Source: Flectonema sp. DT1601 (taxonomy: Eukaryota). From it: 64,000 bases of DNA. The stretch covers positions 1,426,001 to 1,490,000 of the forward strand of contig OZ025790.1 of assembly GCA_964019425.1 (NCBI GenBank), in the 5' to 3' direction. The translations under genes and the position numbers were made by a program. Position 1 is the stretch's first letter. Every line of letters begins with the position of its first letter. Shown piece by piece: positions 1-11,700 of the stretch. Under the pieces are notes generated by a model. It worked only from the letters and a program-made list of their open reading frames with translations. It was not told the origin of the DNA and did not search any database.

Positions 1-877
1 ATATTTTAATTTAGCCCTCAAAAGTATAACTACATTTGGTACCTTTTTTAAATTAAGAAGGTTAAACGCGATGAGTAGGACAGAGGTTTGGAAAAAATAT
101 TTATATTAATTGATGTCACGTAGTCTCCTGCTGCTGTACTTGGACAAGGTGGAAAGTTATCTCTTGATGTAGTATGCCCCCCCCACTGTGCTGAAACTAA
201 TAAAATAATCCTCTACGGGATTACGTTCATCTTCCTATCGCAGTATTGTAGACCTCTTTGAGTAGTCTACCAATACTACGGGTGGTCTGATGGACTTGCT
301 AACTAGTTATTTATTAATTTTGTAATGACTTCTCTAAAATGTCAACCGAAAAACGGAATGTGACTTCTGCTTGTTTTGATTGGCATCTTGTCACACTCAT
401 ATAGTCTTTCCTCCGGGTTTCGGTGGCGTCTTTTTTTTTTTTTTTTTTTTGCACTTAACAAGTATTGTAAGAACGAAAAAAGAATGTTGGGCAGCACACG
501 TAAACCTCCTTTAGCTTTATCAGTTTAAAGTCGGTTCACGAGGTGCACAAGCAACAGATCCCTCCTCAATCCATACCACCCCCAAAAAAAAGAAAAAAAA
601 AAAAACGATCGCTGTATTTTATTGTCTTAATCTTGTACCCCCCCATATTTGGTATTTTTTTTCCCCATCGGATGTGATGTGTGTTAATTATTATTTTTGT
701 TCCTTCCCTCAGCATCTTCGACAGCACGTATGGGACTTTAGCAACTGTTCTCTCTTTTCATTGTAACTAAGTTTGGCCGAACCCTATATTCCGGTTTAAG
801 TTACTTTATATTTCATCGCGATATCAAATAGATTATAATGTCTCCCCCCGCAGTTAAATTCCCCCCCTCAATGCTCA

Positions 878-3800
878 ATGCACAGATCTGTTTGGATTGT
901 ATTGCTGAGTCTATTCACGGATCGAGTACTTAGTCAGACGTGTCTAATTGCAACAGGTGCGTCTCTGTCATCTGCTAACGGGAAATATATTTACAACGAC
1001 GCTGAGGGATATTGGCAGCTTCAGAATTCTTATTTCTATCTACTCCGCGACAAGAAGAAGTGGTACGTCTATTATGGTAATAAGAAATATTACAAATACG
1101 ACGATGACGGTGGAGATGATAAGAAGAAGAGTTGTTCTACTACAGATCCAGAACAGATAGCAGAGTGTTGCAATCAGGGGAAAAAAGAAAAGAAGTTGGG
1201 GGGCGAGAATTGTCCGGCTTTCGAAGACTGTCCTCAACCAACTGCAGTTCCAACGGCAATCCCAACGGCGGTGCCGACAGCAATTCCAACAGCGATTCCA
1301 ACGGCAATCCCAACGGCGATTCCAACAGCGATCCCAACAGCGATTCCGACAGCGGTGCCGACAGCGATTCCAACAGCAATCCCAACAGCGATTCCAACGG
1401 CGATCCCAACGGCGGTGCCGACAGCAATTCCAACAGCGATTCCAACTGCAATTCCAACGGCAATCCCAACGGCGATCCCAACAGCGATCCCAACAGCAAT
1501 TCCGACAGCGGTGCCGACAGCGATTCCAACAGCAATCCCAACAGCGATCCCAACTGCAATTCCAACGGCAATCCCAACAGCGATTCCGACAGCGGTGCCG
1601 ACAGCAATCCCAACAGCGGTGCCGACAGCGATTCCAACAGCAATTCCAACAGCGATTCCAACTGCAATTCCAACGGCAATCCCAACGGCGATCCCAACAG
1701 CGATCCCAACAGCAATTCCGACAGCGGTGCCGACAGCGATTCCAACAGCAATCCCAACAGTGATTCCAACAGCGATCCCAACTGCAATTCCAACGGCAAT
1801 CCCAACGGCGATCCCAACAGCGATCCCAACAGCAATTCCGACAGCGGTGCCGACAGCGATTCCAACAGCAATCCCAACAGCGATTCCAACAGCGATCCCA
1901 ACTGCAATTCCAACGGCAATCCCAACAGCGATTCCGACAGCGGTGCCGACAGCAATCCCAACAGCGGTGCCGACAGCGATTCCAACAGCAATTCCAACAG
2001 CGATTCCAACTGCAATTCCAACGGCAATCCCAACGGCGATCCCAACAGCGATCCCAACAGCAATTCCGACAGCGGTGCCGACAGCGATTCCAACAGCAAT
2101 CCCAACAGCGATTCCAACAGCGATCCCAACTGCAATTCCAACGGCAATCCCAACGGCGATCCCAACAGCGATCCCAACAGCAATTCCGACAGCGGTGCCG
2201 ACAGCGATTCCAACAGCAATCCCAACAGCGATTCCAACAGCGATCCCAACTGCAATTCCAACGGCAATCCCAACGGCGATCCCAACAGCGATCCCAACAG
2301 CAATTCCGACAGCGGTGCCGACAGCGATTCCAACAGCAATCCCAACAGCGATTCCAACAGCGATCCCAACTGCAATTCCAACGGCAATCCCAACGGCGAT
2401 CCCAACAGCGATCCCAACAGCAATTCCGACAGCGGTGCCGACAGCGATTCCAACAGCAATCCCAACAGCGATCCCAACTGCAATTCCAACGGCAATCCCA
2501 ACAGCGATTCCGACAGCGGTGCCGACAGCAATCCCAACAGCGGTGCCGACAGCGATTCCAACTGCAATTCCAACGGCAATCCCAACAGCGATTCCGACAG
2601 CGGTGCCGACAGCAATTCCGACAGCGGTGCCGACAGCGATTCCAACTGCAATTCCAACGGCAATTCCAACGGCGGTGCCGACAGCGATTCCAACAGCGAT
2701 CCCAACTGCAATTCCAACGGCGATTCCAACTGCGATTCCAACGGGGGTGCCGACAGCAATTCCGACGGCGATCCCAACAGCGATCCCAACTGCAATCCCA
2801 ACGGCGGTGCCGACAGCAATTCCGACGGCGATCCCAACTGCAATCCCAACGGCAATTCCAACGGCGGTGCCGACAGCGATCCCAACAGCGATTCCAACGG
2901 CGATTCCAACAGCAATCCCAACAGCGATTCCGACAGCGGTGCCGACAGCAATTCCAACTGTAATTCCAACGGCAATTCCAACGGCGGTGCCGACAGCAAT
3001 TCCGACGGCGGTGCCGACAGCGATTCCAACAGCGATTCCAACTGCAATTCCAACGGCAATTCCAACGGCGATCCCAACTGCAATCCCAACGGCAATTCCA
3101 ACGGCGGTGCCGACAGCGATCCCAACAGCGATTCCAACGGCGATTCCAACAGCAATCCCAACAGCGATTCCGACAGCGGTGCCGACAGCAATTCCAACTG
3201 TAATTCCAACGGCAATTCCAACGGCGGTGCCGACAGCAATTCCGACGGCGGTGCCGACAGCGATTCCAACAGCGATTCCAACTGCAATTCCAACGGCAAT
3301 TCCAACGGCGATCCCAACTGCAATCCCAACGGCAATTCCAACGGCGGTGCCGACAGCGATCCCAACAGCGATTCCAACGGCGATTCCAACAGCAATCCCA
3401 ACAGCGATTCCGACAGCGGTGCCGACAGCAATTCCAACTGTAATTCCAACGGCAATTCCAACGGCGGTGCCGACAGCAATTCCGACGGCGGTGCCGACAG
3501 CGATTCCAACAGCGATTCCAACTGCAATTCCAACGGCAATTCCAACGGCGATCCCAACTGCAATCCCAACGGCAATTCCAACGGCGGTGCCGACAGCGAT
3601 TCCAACGGCGATTCCAACAGCAATCCCAACAGCGATTCCGACAGCGGTGCCGACAGCAATTCCAACTGTAATTCCAACGGCAATTCCAACGGCGGTGCCG
3701 ACAGCAATTCCGACGGCGGTGCCGACAGCGATTCCAACAGCGATTCCAACTGCAATTCCAACGGCAATTCCAACGGCGATCCCAACTGCAATCCCAACGG

Positions 3801-5569
3801 CGGTGCCGACAGCAATTCCGACGGCGGTGCCGACAGCGATTCCAACAGCGATTCCAACTGCAATTCCAACGGCAATTCCAACGGCGATCCCAACTGCAAT
3901 CCCAACGGCAATTCCAACGGCGGTGCCGACAGCGATCCCAACAGCGATTCCAACAGCAATCCCAACGGCGATTCCAACGGCAATTCCAACGGCGGTGTCG
4001 ACAGCAATTCCGACGGCGATCCCAACGGCAATTCCAACGGCGGTGCCGACAGCAATTCCGACGGCGATCCCAACTGCGATTCCAACGGCGGTGTCGACAG
4101 CAATTCCGACGGCGATCCCAACTGCAATCCCAACGGCGATTCCGACGGCGATTCCAACGGCAATTCCAACGGCGGTGCCGACAGCAACTCCGACGGCGAT
4201 TCCAACGGCGATCCAGACAGCAATTCCAACAGCGCCGACAGGGATCCCAACGGCGACCCCAACGGCAATCCCAACAGCAATCCCAACGGCGATTCCAACT
4301 GCGATTCCAACGGCGGTGTCGACAGCAATTCCGACGGCGATCCCAACTGCAATCCCAACGGCGATTCCGACGGCAATTCCAACGGCGGTGCCGACAGCAA
4401 CTACGACGGCGATTCCAACGGCGATCCAGACAGCAATTCCAACAGCGGTGCCGACAGGGATCCCAACGGCAATCCCAACGGCGATTCCAACTGCGATTCC
4501 AACGGCGATCCCGGCTTCTGTGCCAACGGCAATTCCTACTGAGATCCCAACGACAATCCCGACAGCGATTCCAACAACTGCTGTGCCAACTGCAATTCTA
4601 ACGACGACTCCAACGGCAATCCCAACCGCTGCTCCAATTACTGCAACCCCAACAGCCATTCCGACTACAGTCCCGTCAGTGATTCAAAGCGCAGTACCGA
4701 AAGCGAACCCGTCACAAGTTCCAACGGCCATTCCGACAGAGAATCCAGCTGTTGTTTCAACTACTGCAATACCGACTGATGACGTGTCTACAACAACAAC
4801 AACAACAACGTTACCGTCAGTAATACCGACAAGAGGAGGAGAACCACTTTGTAGTAGCAGTATTGGATTGAAAATCTCAATGAATGAGAAAGATCGGAGT
4901 GATGAAAACATATTAATCACATCATGTGAGGAGGAGGTGTCTAGAATGAATATACAACCAGCCCTTTCTATAAAGTGTTGTGAGATGAAGTCTGGTGATG
5001 CGATTGTCTTCTTTGACCCTTTGGAAGCCAGTTGTGAAGTACTTCGTGAGAGTCTTTCTGTTGATGATCCGAAACAGTTTTTGGGTGAAGCTGTTGTATC
5101 GACGGAGTTCATTCTGAGTTGTGACAAAGAAACCAGAGCTGGAGCGAGCACATTCGAAAACAATGCAAGCGGAGATTGGATTGTATTAATATTTTGTATC
5201 GTTGGAGGGATCTTGGTCACATTTCTGATTGCAATAGCAACGTGGAAGGGACGACTAAAACGACGAAATCGACGTTCATCAGTCAACACAATGCCTCCTC
5301 CATGTCCACTTGTTCCTCAAGGTGGAAAGTTATGTGGAGCTCCTGACGATGTAGTCATCACAGTGAATGAACCTTTCAGATCAACACAATTGATAACTCC
5401 AGCTGATGATAACTTGTTTTTGTTACCAAGTCATCGTACTGATGGTGTTGACCATCTCTCACCAACATTCTCATCTGACTTGGTATTCTCTGATGTCGAA
5501 GTTGATGAGATTTCAGTTGCAATAACTTCACCGAATGCTGAAGTTATCTCTCCTCAAGCTTGGAGTTAG
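878..5569 (+). CDS. Mucin-like type I membrane protein with PTA(I/V) tetrapeptide repeats
   Basis: 1563-aa ORF: hydrophobic N-terminal signal, Cys-containing N-domain, long Pro/Thr repeat, TM segment WIVLIFCIVGGILVTFLIAIATW followed by basic KGRLKRRNRR; C-rich CAG acceptor at 851-853. Confidence 0.85.
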   Translation: MHRSVWIVLLSLFTDRVLSQTCLIATGASLSSANGKYIYNDAEGYWQLQNSYFYLLRDKKKWYVYYGNKKYYKYDDDGGDDKKKSCSTTDPEQIAECCNQGKKEKKLGGENCPAFEDCPQPTAVPTAIPTAVPTAIPTAIPTAIPTAIPTAIPTAIPTAVPTAIPTAIPTAIPTAIPTAVPTAIPTAIPTAIPTAIPTAIPTAIPTAIPTAVPTAIPTAIPTAIPTAIPTAIPTAIPTAVPTAIPTAVPTAIPTAIPTAIPTAIPTAIPTAIPTAIPTAIPTAVPTAIPTAIPTVIPTAIPTAIPTAIPTAIPTAIPTAIPTAVPTAIPTAIPTAIPTAIPTAIPTAIPTAIPTAVPTAIPTAVPTAIPTAIPTAIPTAIPTAIPTAIPTAIPTAIPTAVPTAIPTAIPTAIPTAIPTAIPTAIPTAIPTAIPTAIPTAVPTAIPTAIPTAIPTAIPTAIPTAIPTAIPTAIPTAIPTAVPTAIPTAIPTAIPTAIPTAIPTAIPTAIPTAIPTAIPTAVPTAIPTAIPTAIPTAIPTAIPTAIPTAVPTAIPTAVPTAIPTAIPTAIPTAIPTAVPTAIPTAVPTAIPTAIPTAIPTAVPTAIPTAIPTAIPTAIPTAIPTGVPTAIPTAIPTAIPTAIPTAVPTAIPTAIPTAIPTAIPTAVPTAIPTAIPTAIPTAIPTAIPTAVPTAIPTVIPTAIPTAVPTAIPTAVPTAIPTAIPTAIPTAIPTAIPTAIPTAIPTAVPTAIPTAIPTAIPTAIPTAIPTAVPTAIPTVIPTAIPTAVPTAIPTAVPTAIPTAIPTAIPTAIPTAIPTAIPTAIPTAVPTAIPTAIPTAIPTAIPTAIPTAVPTAIPTVIPTAIPTAVPTAIPTAVPTAIPTAIPTAIPTAIPTAIPTAIPTAIPTAVPTAIPTAIPTAIPTAIPTAVPTAIPTVIPTAIPTAVPTAIPTAVPTAIPTAIPTAIPTAIPTAIPTAIPTAVPTAIPTAVPTAIPTAIPTAIPTAIPTAIPTAIPTAIPTAVPTAIPTAIPTAIPTAIPTAIPTAVSTAIPTAIPTAIPTAVPTAIPTAIPTAIPTAVSTAIPTAIPTAIPTAIPTAIPTAIPTAVPTATPTAIPTAIQTAIPTAPTGIPTATPTAIPTAIPTAIPTAIPTAVSTAIPTAIPTAIPTAIPTAIPTAVPTATTTAIPTAIQTAIPTAVPTGIPTAIPTAIPTAIPTAIPASVPTAIPTEIPTTIPTAIPTTAVPTAILTTTPTAIPTAAPITATPTAIPTTVPSVIQSAVPKANPSQVPTAIPTENPAVVSTTAIPTDDVSTTTTTTTLPSVIPTRGGEPLCSSSIGLKISMNEKDRSDENILITSCEEEVSRMNIQPALSIKCCEMKSGDAIVFFDPLEASCEVLRESLSVDDPKQFLGEAVVSTEFILSCDKETRAGASTFENNASGDWIVLIFCIVGGILVTFLIAIATWKGRLKRRNRRSSVNTMPPPCPLVPQGGKLCGAPDDVVITVNEPFRSTQLITPADDNLFLLPSHRTDGVDHLSPTFSSDLVFSDVEVDEISVAITSPNAEVISPQAWS
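1238..4740 (+). repeat. 12-bp coding tandem repeat (CCN-ACN-GCN-ATH/GTG) with higher-order blocks
   Basis: Visible 12-bp periodicity; identical 120-bp blocks around 2041-2460 and 240-bp blocks around 2881-3600; degenerates after about 4200. Confidence 0.95.
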
Positions 5570-6183
5570 TTTAGTAGTAACGTTTACCACTGATAGCCTT
5601 TTGTTGTTAATGTCGGTGGTGGTTGTTTTTTTTTTTTTGTTTGTTGTCAAGTCTCTTTTATTTTTTAACTGATTGTTTTGCGGAGTCTTGTGTAGTTCTT
5701 GAAATAGAATTCTTATTACAAAAATATTTTGTATCGATTTCTTTTTTTTTTTTTCTCTTCTTCTGGTTTGGCTGTGTTCACAGGTAGCAATTCCTGTTTC
5801 TGTGTTTCTTTTTTTTTCTTCTTTATTTGCACTGGCAGGTCGGAGAAAGAAGCTGTTGTTGAGATTAAAAACGAGGCCAATCTTTATTTATTGTGTTGTG
5901 AGTTCCGTACTACTGTCTGCGGTCACCAACAATATAATAGGCTGTTTTCTGAATGGTTTCTGACGCGTACTTTTCAAGTTTGCGATACCGCGGTCTGAAC
6001 TGTCTGTTTGTAAGAATTCATATTTCCCGAGTCCCTAGTGCTGGGGACAATTATTGGGAGCTTTTTGTTTCTTTTCGTGACGCACGTGATTATTTCACGT
6101 GTAGAAAACCTTTTTTTTTTATTTACTATTTGCATCTCTCCTCCACGTCATGTTTTTTATTTTTCTTATATTTTTTTTCTCGT

Positions 6184-6325
6184 ACCGACGAAGTTGGAGA
6201 AGAAACTATTCAGATTAAGAGCCGTTTTATTTATGTATGGTCTTAATGTTATCTATTCTTTTCGTGAGCGTTTCATGTATTTCTGTCTGCGATCAACGTA
6301 ATATAAAGGCTATAATCTGAATGAG
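6184..6325 (+). repeat. Dispersed ~130-bp repeat downstream of CDSs (core GGAGAAGAAACTATTCAGATT)
   Basis: Related copies at ~5839-5890 (degenerate), ~6606-6735, ~45858-45965 and ~49174-49240. Confidence 0.7.
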
Positions 6326-9300
6326 GATTTTTTTTTTTTATAATTATTCGTGTTTGTTGCCCAACGGGCGCCCCGATATTATTTATTTTATTTTATTTTT
6401 TTTGTGATAAAAAACTGTTTTTTTTTTTTTTTTTAATTTTTTTTTTTTTTTTTTCCTTCTGATCGACAATTTCGAGAACACAAAATTAGATAACTTTACT
6501 CTCCTCGTCATTTGAACAAAAAGAATAAAAAGATGAGTTTCTCAGATCGCTCATCGGGATCGAAGAACGCCATTTTACTAATATACGCGTTGCTTATTCT
6601 TTTTGCACCGACGAAGTCTGAGAAGAAACTATTCAGATTAAGAGCTGTTTATTTATGGTCAAATTTTATCTATTTGCGCCAGTAATACTGTCTGGCTGAG
6701 ATCCAACAAAATATAAAGCTTATCTGAATGGTTTCTTTTCATTCAAATGCGTGATATTATTATCTTTTCTTTCAGTTCAACCGGACCCTCTGCCGTCATC
6801 TGGATCGACAATGTCGTGAACGCAAATGAAATTACTTTACTCTCCTCGCCATTTGAACAAAAAGAATAAAAAGATGAGCTTCTCAGATCGCTCATCGAGG
6901 TAGGTATCGAAGAACGCCATTTCACTAATATACGCGTTGCTTTTTTTTTTTTTTTTTTTTTTGTTGACTTTATGTAGTACCAACGAGAATAGAGTGAACT
7001 CCTTTTGCATTATTGGAGACTCTCTGAGAGCTGATGGACTTGCTAACTAACTAATCATATTATAACTAAACCTGATAATTATTACTAACTAATTATTTGC
7101 AAACGCGATGAGTAGGACAGGCCTGACACCGCAGTGTCCCCCTTGCTTTCTTCGCTGAAGAGGGCTGGGTAAGGGGAATGGTCCAAAGAAAGATTATTTT
7201 TAATCTTAGCCTGAAACCAACTTGTTTGTTGTCCTACGAAATTTTGCTTTTTTTGTGATAATTATTAATACTAACTAACTAAATTATTTTTTTTGTTTTG
7301 ATGTCCTACACGAATGTTTTAGTGTAAGATTAAAGCTTTTTGAAAACTACGAATTACTCGGTTTTTTTTTTTCTTCTTTCATTGTCACTAACTAACATTG
7401 TATTGACTAGTTCTGATTGGACTAGTTCTGATTATCATCAAATTGAAGAGGTCGGAGACCTGCTGTTGCTGTTGTTGTTCTAAAAAAGGTTCGTTGGATT
7501 CAAAGTGTTGTTGAGTAGCACTTGAATTAAACCGTTCTTTTATCACGATTTGCATCACCACTCGCTTTTTGTTTTTTTTTCGACATCCTTATGCGTCTGT
7601 CGCAATTTTTTTTTCTCTCTTTTTTATTCCTCTCTGGGGAGTCTCCCCATGACAATAAATGTCACTTATTAAAGAAAAGAAAAAGAAAAAGAAGAGTTAT
7701 TCATTTAATTATTTTTTCTTCTTTTTTTTTTTTTTTCTGTTTCCCTACACTGCTAAGGCATGTAGTTACCTTCTTTTTGTGAGTTACTATTTCTTGCTGC
7801 CCAACATAACTTTTTTTTTTATTTCACGTTGTCTTCAAACTTTGCTGCGTTAAGAGGATTCTAATTTGTGATGAAAATGGTTTAAGTTTGCTTAGAGAAT
7901 TCATCACCGCTGCTTGTTGAAAACAATGATGGTTTACCGTTTTTTTTTTTTTTTCGTTGCACAAGTTTTCTTAGTACTCAGTATTTAGCTTTCCTTATTA
8001 ATAAGCCACAATAATGACACGAAGATCCTCTGCTTTGTGTTTACACCTCACTGTTATCACTTTCCTGTTGTAGAAGTGAGACAATGAGGTCGACAGCAAT
8101 ACGAGAGTAGTACGAGAGGATTCCCTGTTCACTCGCCGTTACTGGGAGAATCGCTGTTGCTTTCTTTTCCTGTGCTGAGTGATATGCTTAAGTTCAGCAC
8201 GTAGATCTTCAACAGCTGGTTCTAGTCCCAGGTATGGTTGTCCTATCGGATAGTGCCGTGATGCTACCACTGGATATGTCGAGAGCCCGCTACTGGATAG
8301 TGTCATGGGTGTAATACTTAATAGTTAACTTACGTGTTTTAAAACTAAATCAGCTTTCCTTTTAAATAAGTCACAATGATGTCGTTCTCAGTACGACACA
8401 AAGATGCTCAAATCGAAGTCTGCTTTGTGTTCATTATTTTTTTTTGTTTTGATTTACTTTTCTTATACCCACTTCACTGTAATCACTTTCCTGGTCTGGA
8501 GGCGTCCTCAGTACGACACAAAACATTCAATGAAGAGGTTAAGTCTACTGTTTGTGAGGGCAGTTATTGACCTTTACTTTAAGGTTAGAGTTTTCTTTTC
8601 TTTTAGCTTCGATTTTTGTCTTTCCCTCTTGTCGGGGGTCTGTTGGTTAGAATTATAATATTACTTTCCAACACACTTCGTATCTTGTGGATTGCTTTGA
8701 GGGGATACCCTGGGCAGGATACTTGCATACCTTTTAGGGATGTTAATTTATTGTCTTTACTGTCGGATATTAATTACGAGAAGAGTAGTGGACTACGACG
8801 GTATCTGATCATCTTCGATCCCCAAACTCTTTACGGAGTTCGTCTTTTCTACGATATAAGAATTTCACCTCTAACGTCGTCAAGGTCGTCGCTGGCACGA
8901 GTGTCAGTTTTGGAGCCTTACCTTAAATTATTCTTTCCTAAAGAATGACCGAGAGAATCGATTTTATTATTCCACGCTATCATGCAAGACGAACTCCTAT
9001 TAATCCTGTTGGGGTACGATGGTGAGAGAGCTTTGATTTTTTTTTTCTTTTTTTTTTTTCTTGTTCTCTTTGAGGACACTATTAGAAGGGGCTCTGTCGG
9101 AATAGTAATTTTATTTTCCTGCTGATTGTGTCCCTTTCTACTTTTATAAAGTTAGCTGTGGAGTGTTCTGACACTGTCTGCTTACGTCTGTGAGAGTTAA
9201 CGTGAGCTTCTTTCGTTTCTTACTAAGCTTTCCATCACTTCCTGTCCAACACATCTTCTCTGAAGGATTGGTCTTTCTGTCACTTTGCTCTGGCGTATCG

Positions 9301-10815
9301 CCTTTAGCGGTACCACGGGTATTATTATTATTTTTTCTTTTAAATCTTGTCTAATTTATTCTTTACTATTTCTGTTGGTTAAAGAATGTGTTTTTTTTTC
9401 AAAAAAAAAAAAAAAAAAAAAAATGCTATTACTTTACTATAATTATGTTTTTTTTTCTTCTTTTTCTTCCTCTCTTTGCACATCATCGTGGATTTGGATA
9501 AAATCTCTCCCCCTTTTTTTGATACAAAAGAGGTGTAAACCTATCACAGACCGCCTTATCTCTTTGTTGGGTTTTTTGAGATTGCACAAATCCAATTTTT
9601 TTATGAACAGCTGAAACCAAAAAACAAAGGGGAAATTTTTTTTTTTTTTAAATTTTTTTCACTTCGAAAGAAAAAAAAAAAAAAAAAAAAGGTTATAAAA
9701 GTTCCATATTTTAGTATTTATTCCCCACGTGGGGTGGTTATCTAATCTGTTATTAAAATAAAAATAAAAAACAACTCTCAAGTAATAAACCGATACGGCG
9801 CAGAAGCAATTCTGCGGTTCTCTCTCTCTCTCTCTCTTTCCCTCTCTTTTTTTCTTTCAAAAAAATAAAAGATCGAATCTCATTTTTTTTTTTTTAAAAC
9901 TTGTCCCATAGCCAGGGGATGAATCAAAAAGCCTTTCACAAGTCACGGTAGCGGAGGAGGTCACATAAAAAAATTTCTGTTCCCAAGCTCTCTTCCTCTC
10001 TCTCATTTTGATAGCGGGGAAAAAATAAAAATGTGTCACTCACTATTATTATTCGATAAAAAAAGAAAAAAAAACGAATGAAAAAGTTTTTTTTTCTTAT
10101 TTCCCTTATGAACAAGTAGGGTACTCTGTCTCTGTAGACAACAAACAACAAATAAAATAAAAATGAGATTTCAATTCTTTTTTTTCCATTTGAAAAAACT
10201 GGGTCTTCTGTCTCTGTGAGTTCCTCCCCTGTTGGCGTACACACTAACTGACCAGTGGTGATATAGAAAGCAAAAAGCAAATTAATTGCTAGCTCGTCCT
10301 GGAGCTCAGATGGAAATATTATCGGTTCTTACGTCAGTTGTGTTAAAATGAAAGGAGCCATTCAATTCAAAAAAAAAAAAAAAAAAAAATCTGAAACAAT
10401 GAAAAAAAACAGATCTGATCGCAACATCATATTTGTTTTTTTTTTTTCACTTTTTTTTTCTTCTTTTTTCAAAAAAAAAAAAGGATGTTTTCAAATTGAA
10501 ATTATTTCATTGATAATCTGAACTGTTATATTGTTGAGGTGGACTTCTTCTCCTTCTTTCTTTTTCATATGATGAAGTCAGGCTACTTCACTACTTCACA
10601 CACGAATCAGATACTAGTCGTTAGTATTGGTTATTTATATTATTCACAACAGGAAACAATCAATAAAAGGAGAAAAGGGAGAGGGGAGAGGGAGATGAAC
10701 GCCATTCCATTTAACTACTTCACAAACGAATCAGATAGTAGTAACAGTTATTTATATTATTCACAACAGGAGGTGTTTCTTTGTAAGCAATCGACAAAGG
10801 GGGAGGGGAGGGGAG

Positions 10816-11700
10816 ATGAACACCAAACTTCTATGGGGTATTGTACTATCCATTGCGAGTATTGGATTGTTAGCGATGACAGACCTAACGAGAGATGATC
10901 AGGAACCGTATGTCGCACATAAGAAAGATTGCGAAAACAGTGATGGGTGTAATTTAAACGGAGTCTGCATCGGAGGTGAATGTCACTGCAAGAAAGGGTT
11001 TATGGGTTCTCAATGTGATAAGTGTGCTCCAGCATACCACGATTACCCTGAGTGTAAACTAGATGATACATGTTATGCTGTTTCTTGGGTCAGTTGCCCA
11101 ACAGGTGAAATGAAAAGTCTCCGGCATGAGGGAATGCTACCTGGACGTCCTTCTCGCAGTGTTAACGTCGCTGATTTCATGGTCAAACCTAATCGCGAAC
11201 ACATGCCTTTGGGAGTTTCTATTGTTCAAGGTCTGTGGGGTACTGGTACCGTGTCATTAAAGCTTTGTTGGATGCAAACATGTGGACCAAAACAAGCAAA
11301 TGGAGGAAGAACATGTAAGTGGTCAAACAGCTCAACATCAATTTATATTAAAAACAACGCATGTGGATTAACAGTTGCGAGAAAGCCATCGAGGGCTACA
11401 CGTCCTGGTGGGTTTAGAGGAGAGTGTGACGATCCTTCACTCAGACAGCAACAGATATGTATGCTGCCGTCGAAAAGACATGCGATTTACGTGAGAGACG
11501 TTTCATGGATTATGAAAGAAGTACCTCAAGGAATAACTTTAGAAGCAGCAAATTGGAGAGGGAGATTCATTCATGTTGACGATGGTAAAATTGCTATTCG
11601 ACCTCAGGAATCGAGTTTAAAGGGAGGACCAGGTGGATACCTAATTTTGTATCCCCACAAACAGGAGATCACACCGTTGACAAACTGTTCAGGGATTTAA
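10816..11700 (+). CDS. Secreted or membrane-anchored protein with EGF/laminin-EGF-like domain
   Basis: N-terminal hydrophobic segment; CNLNGVCIGGECHCKKGFMGSQCDKCAPAYHDYPEC has EGF/laminin-EGF Cys spacing; C-terminal ITLEAANWRGRFIHV weakly resembles an AbfB-type repeat. Confidence 0.75.
   Translation: MNTKLLWGIVLSIASIGLLAMTDLTRDDQEPYVAHKKDCENSDGCNLNGVCIGGECHCKKGFMGSQCDKCAPAYHDYPECKLDDTCYAVSWVSCPTGEMKSLRHEGMLPGRPSRSVNVADFMVKPNREHMPLGVSIVQGLWGTGTVSLKLCWMQTCGPKQANGGRTCKWSNSSTSIYIKNNACGLTVARKPSRATRPGGFRGECDDPSLRQQQICMLPSKRHAIYVRDVSWIMKEVPQGITLEAANWRGRFIHVDDGKIAIRPQESSLKGGPGGYLILYPHKQEITPLTNCSGI

Noticed and set aside
1132..4659. Three further >1000-aa ORFs overlapping the mucin repeat
   Set aside because: Shadow frames of a stop-free 12-bp repeat; only the PTAI frame has a signal peptide, a TM segment and third-position variation.
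1238..4740. CRISPR-like array
   Set aside because: No unique spacers; it is a coding tandem repeat in a eukaryotic gene.
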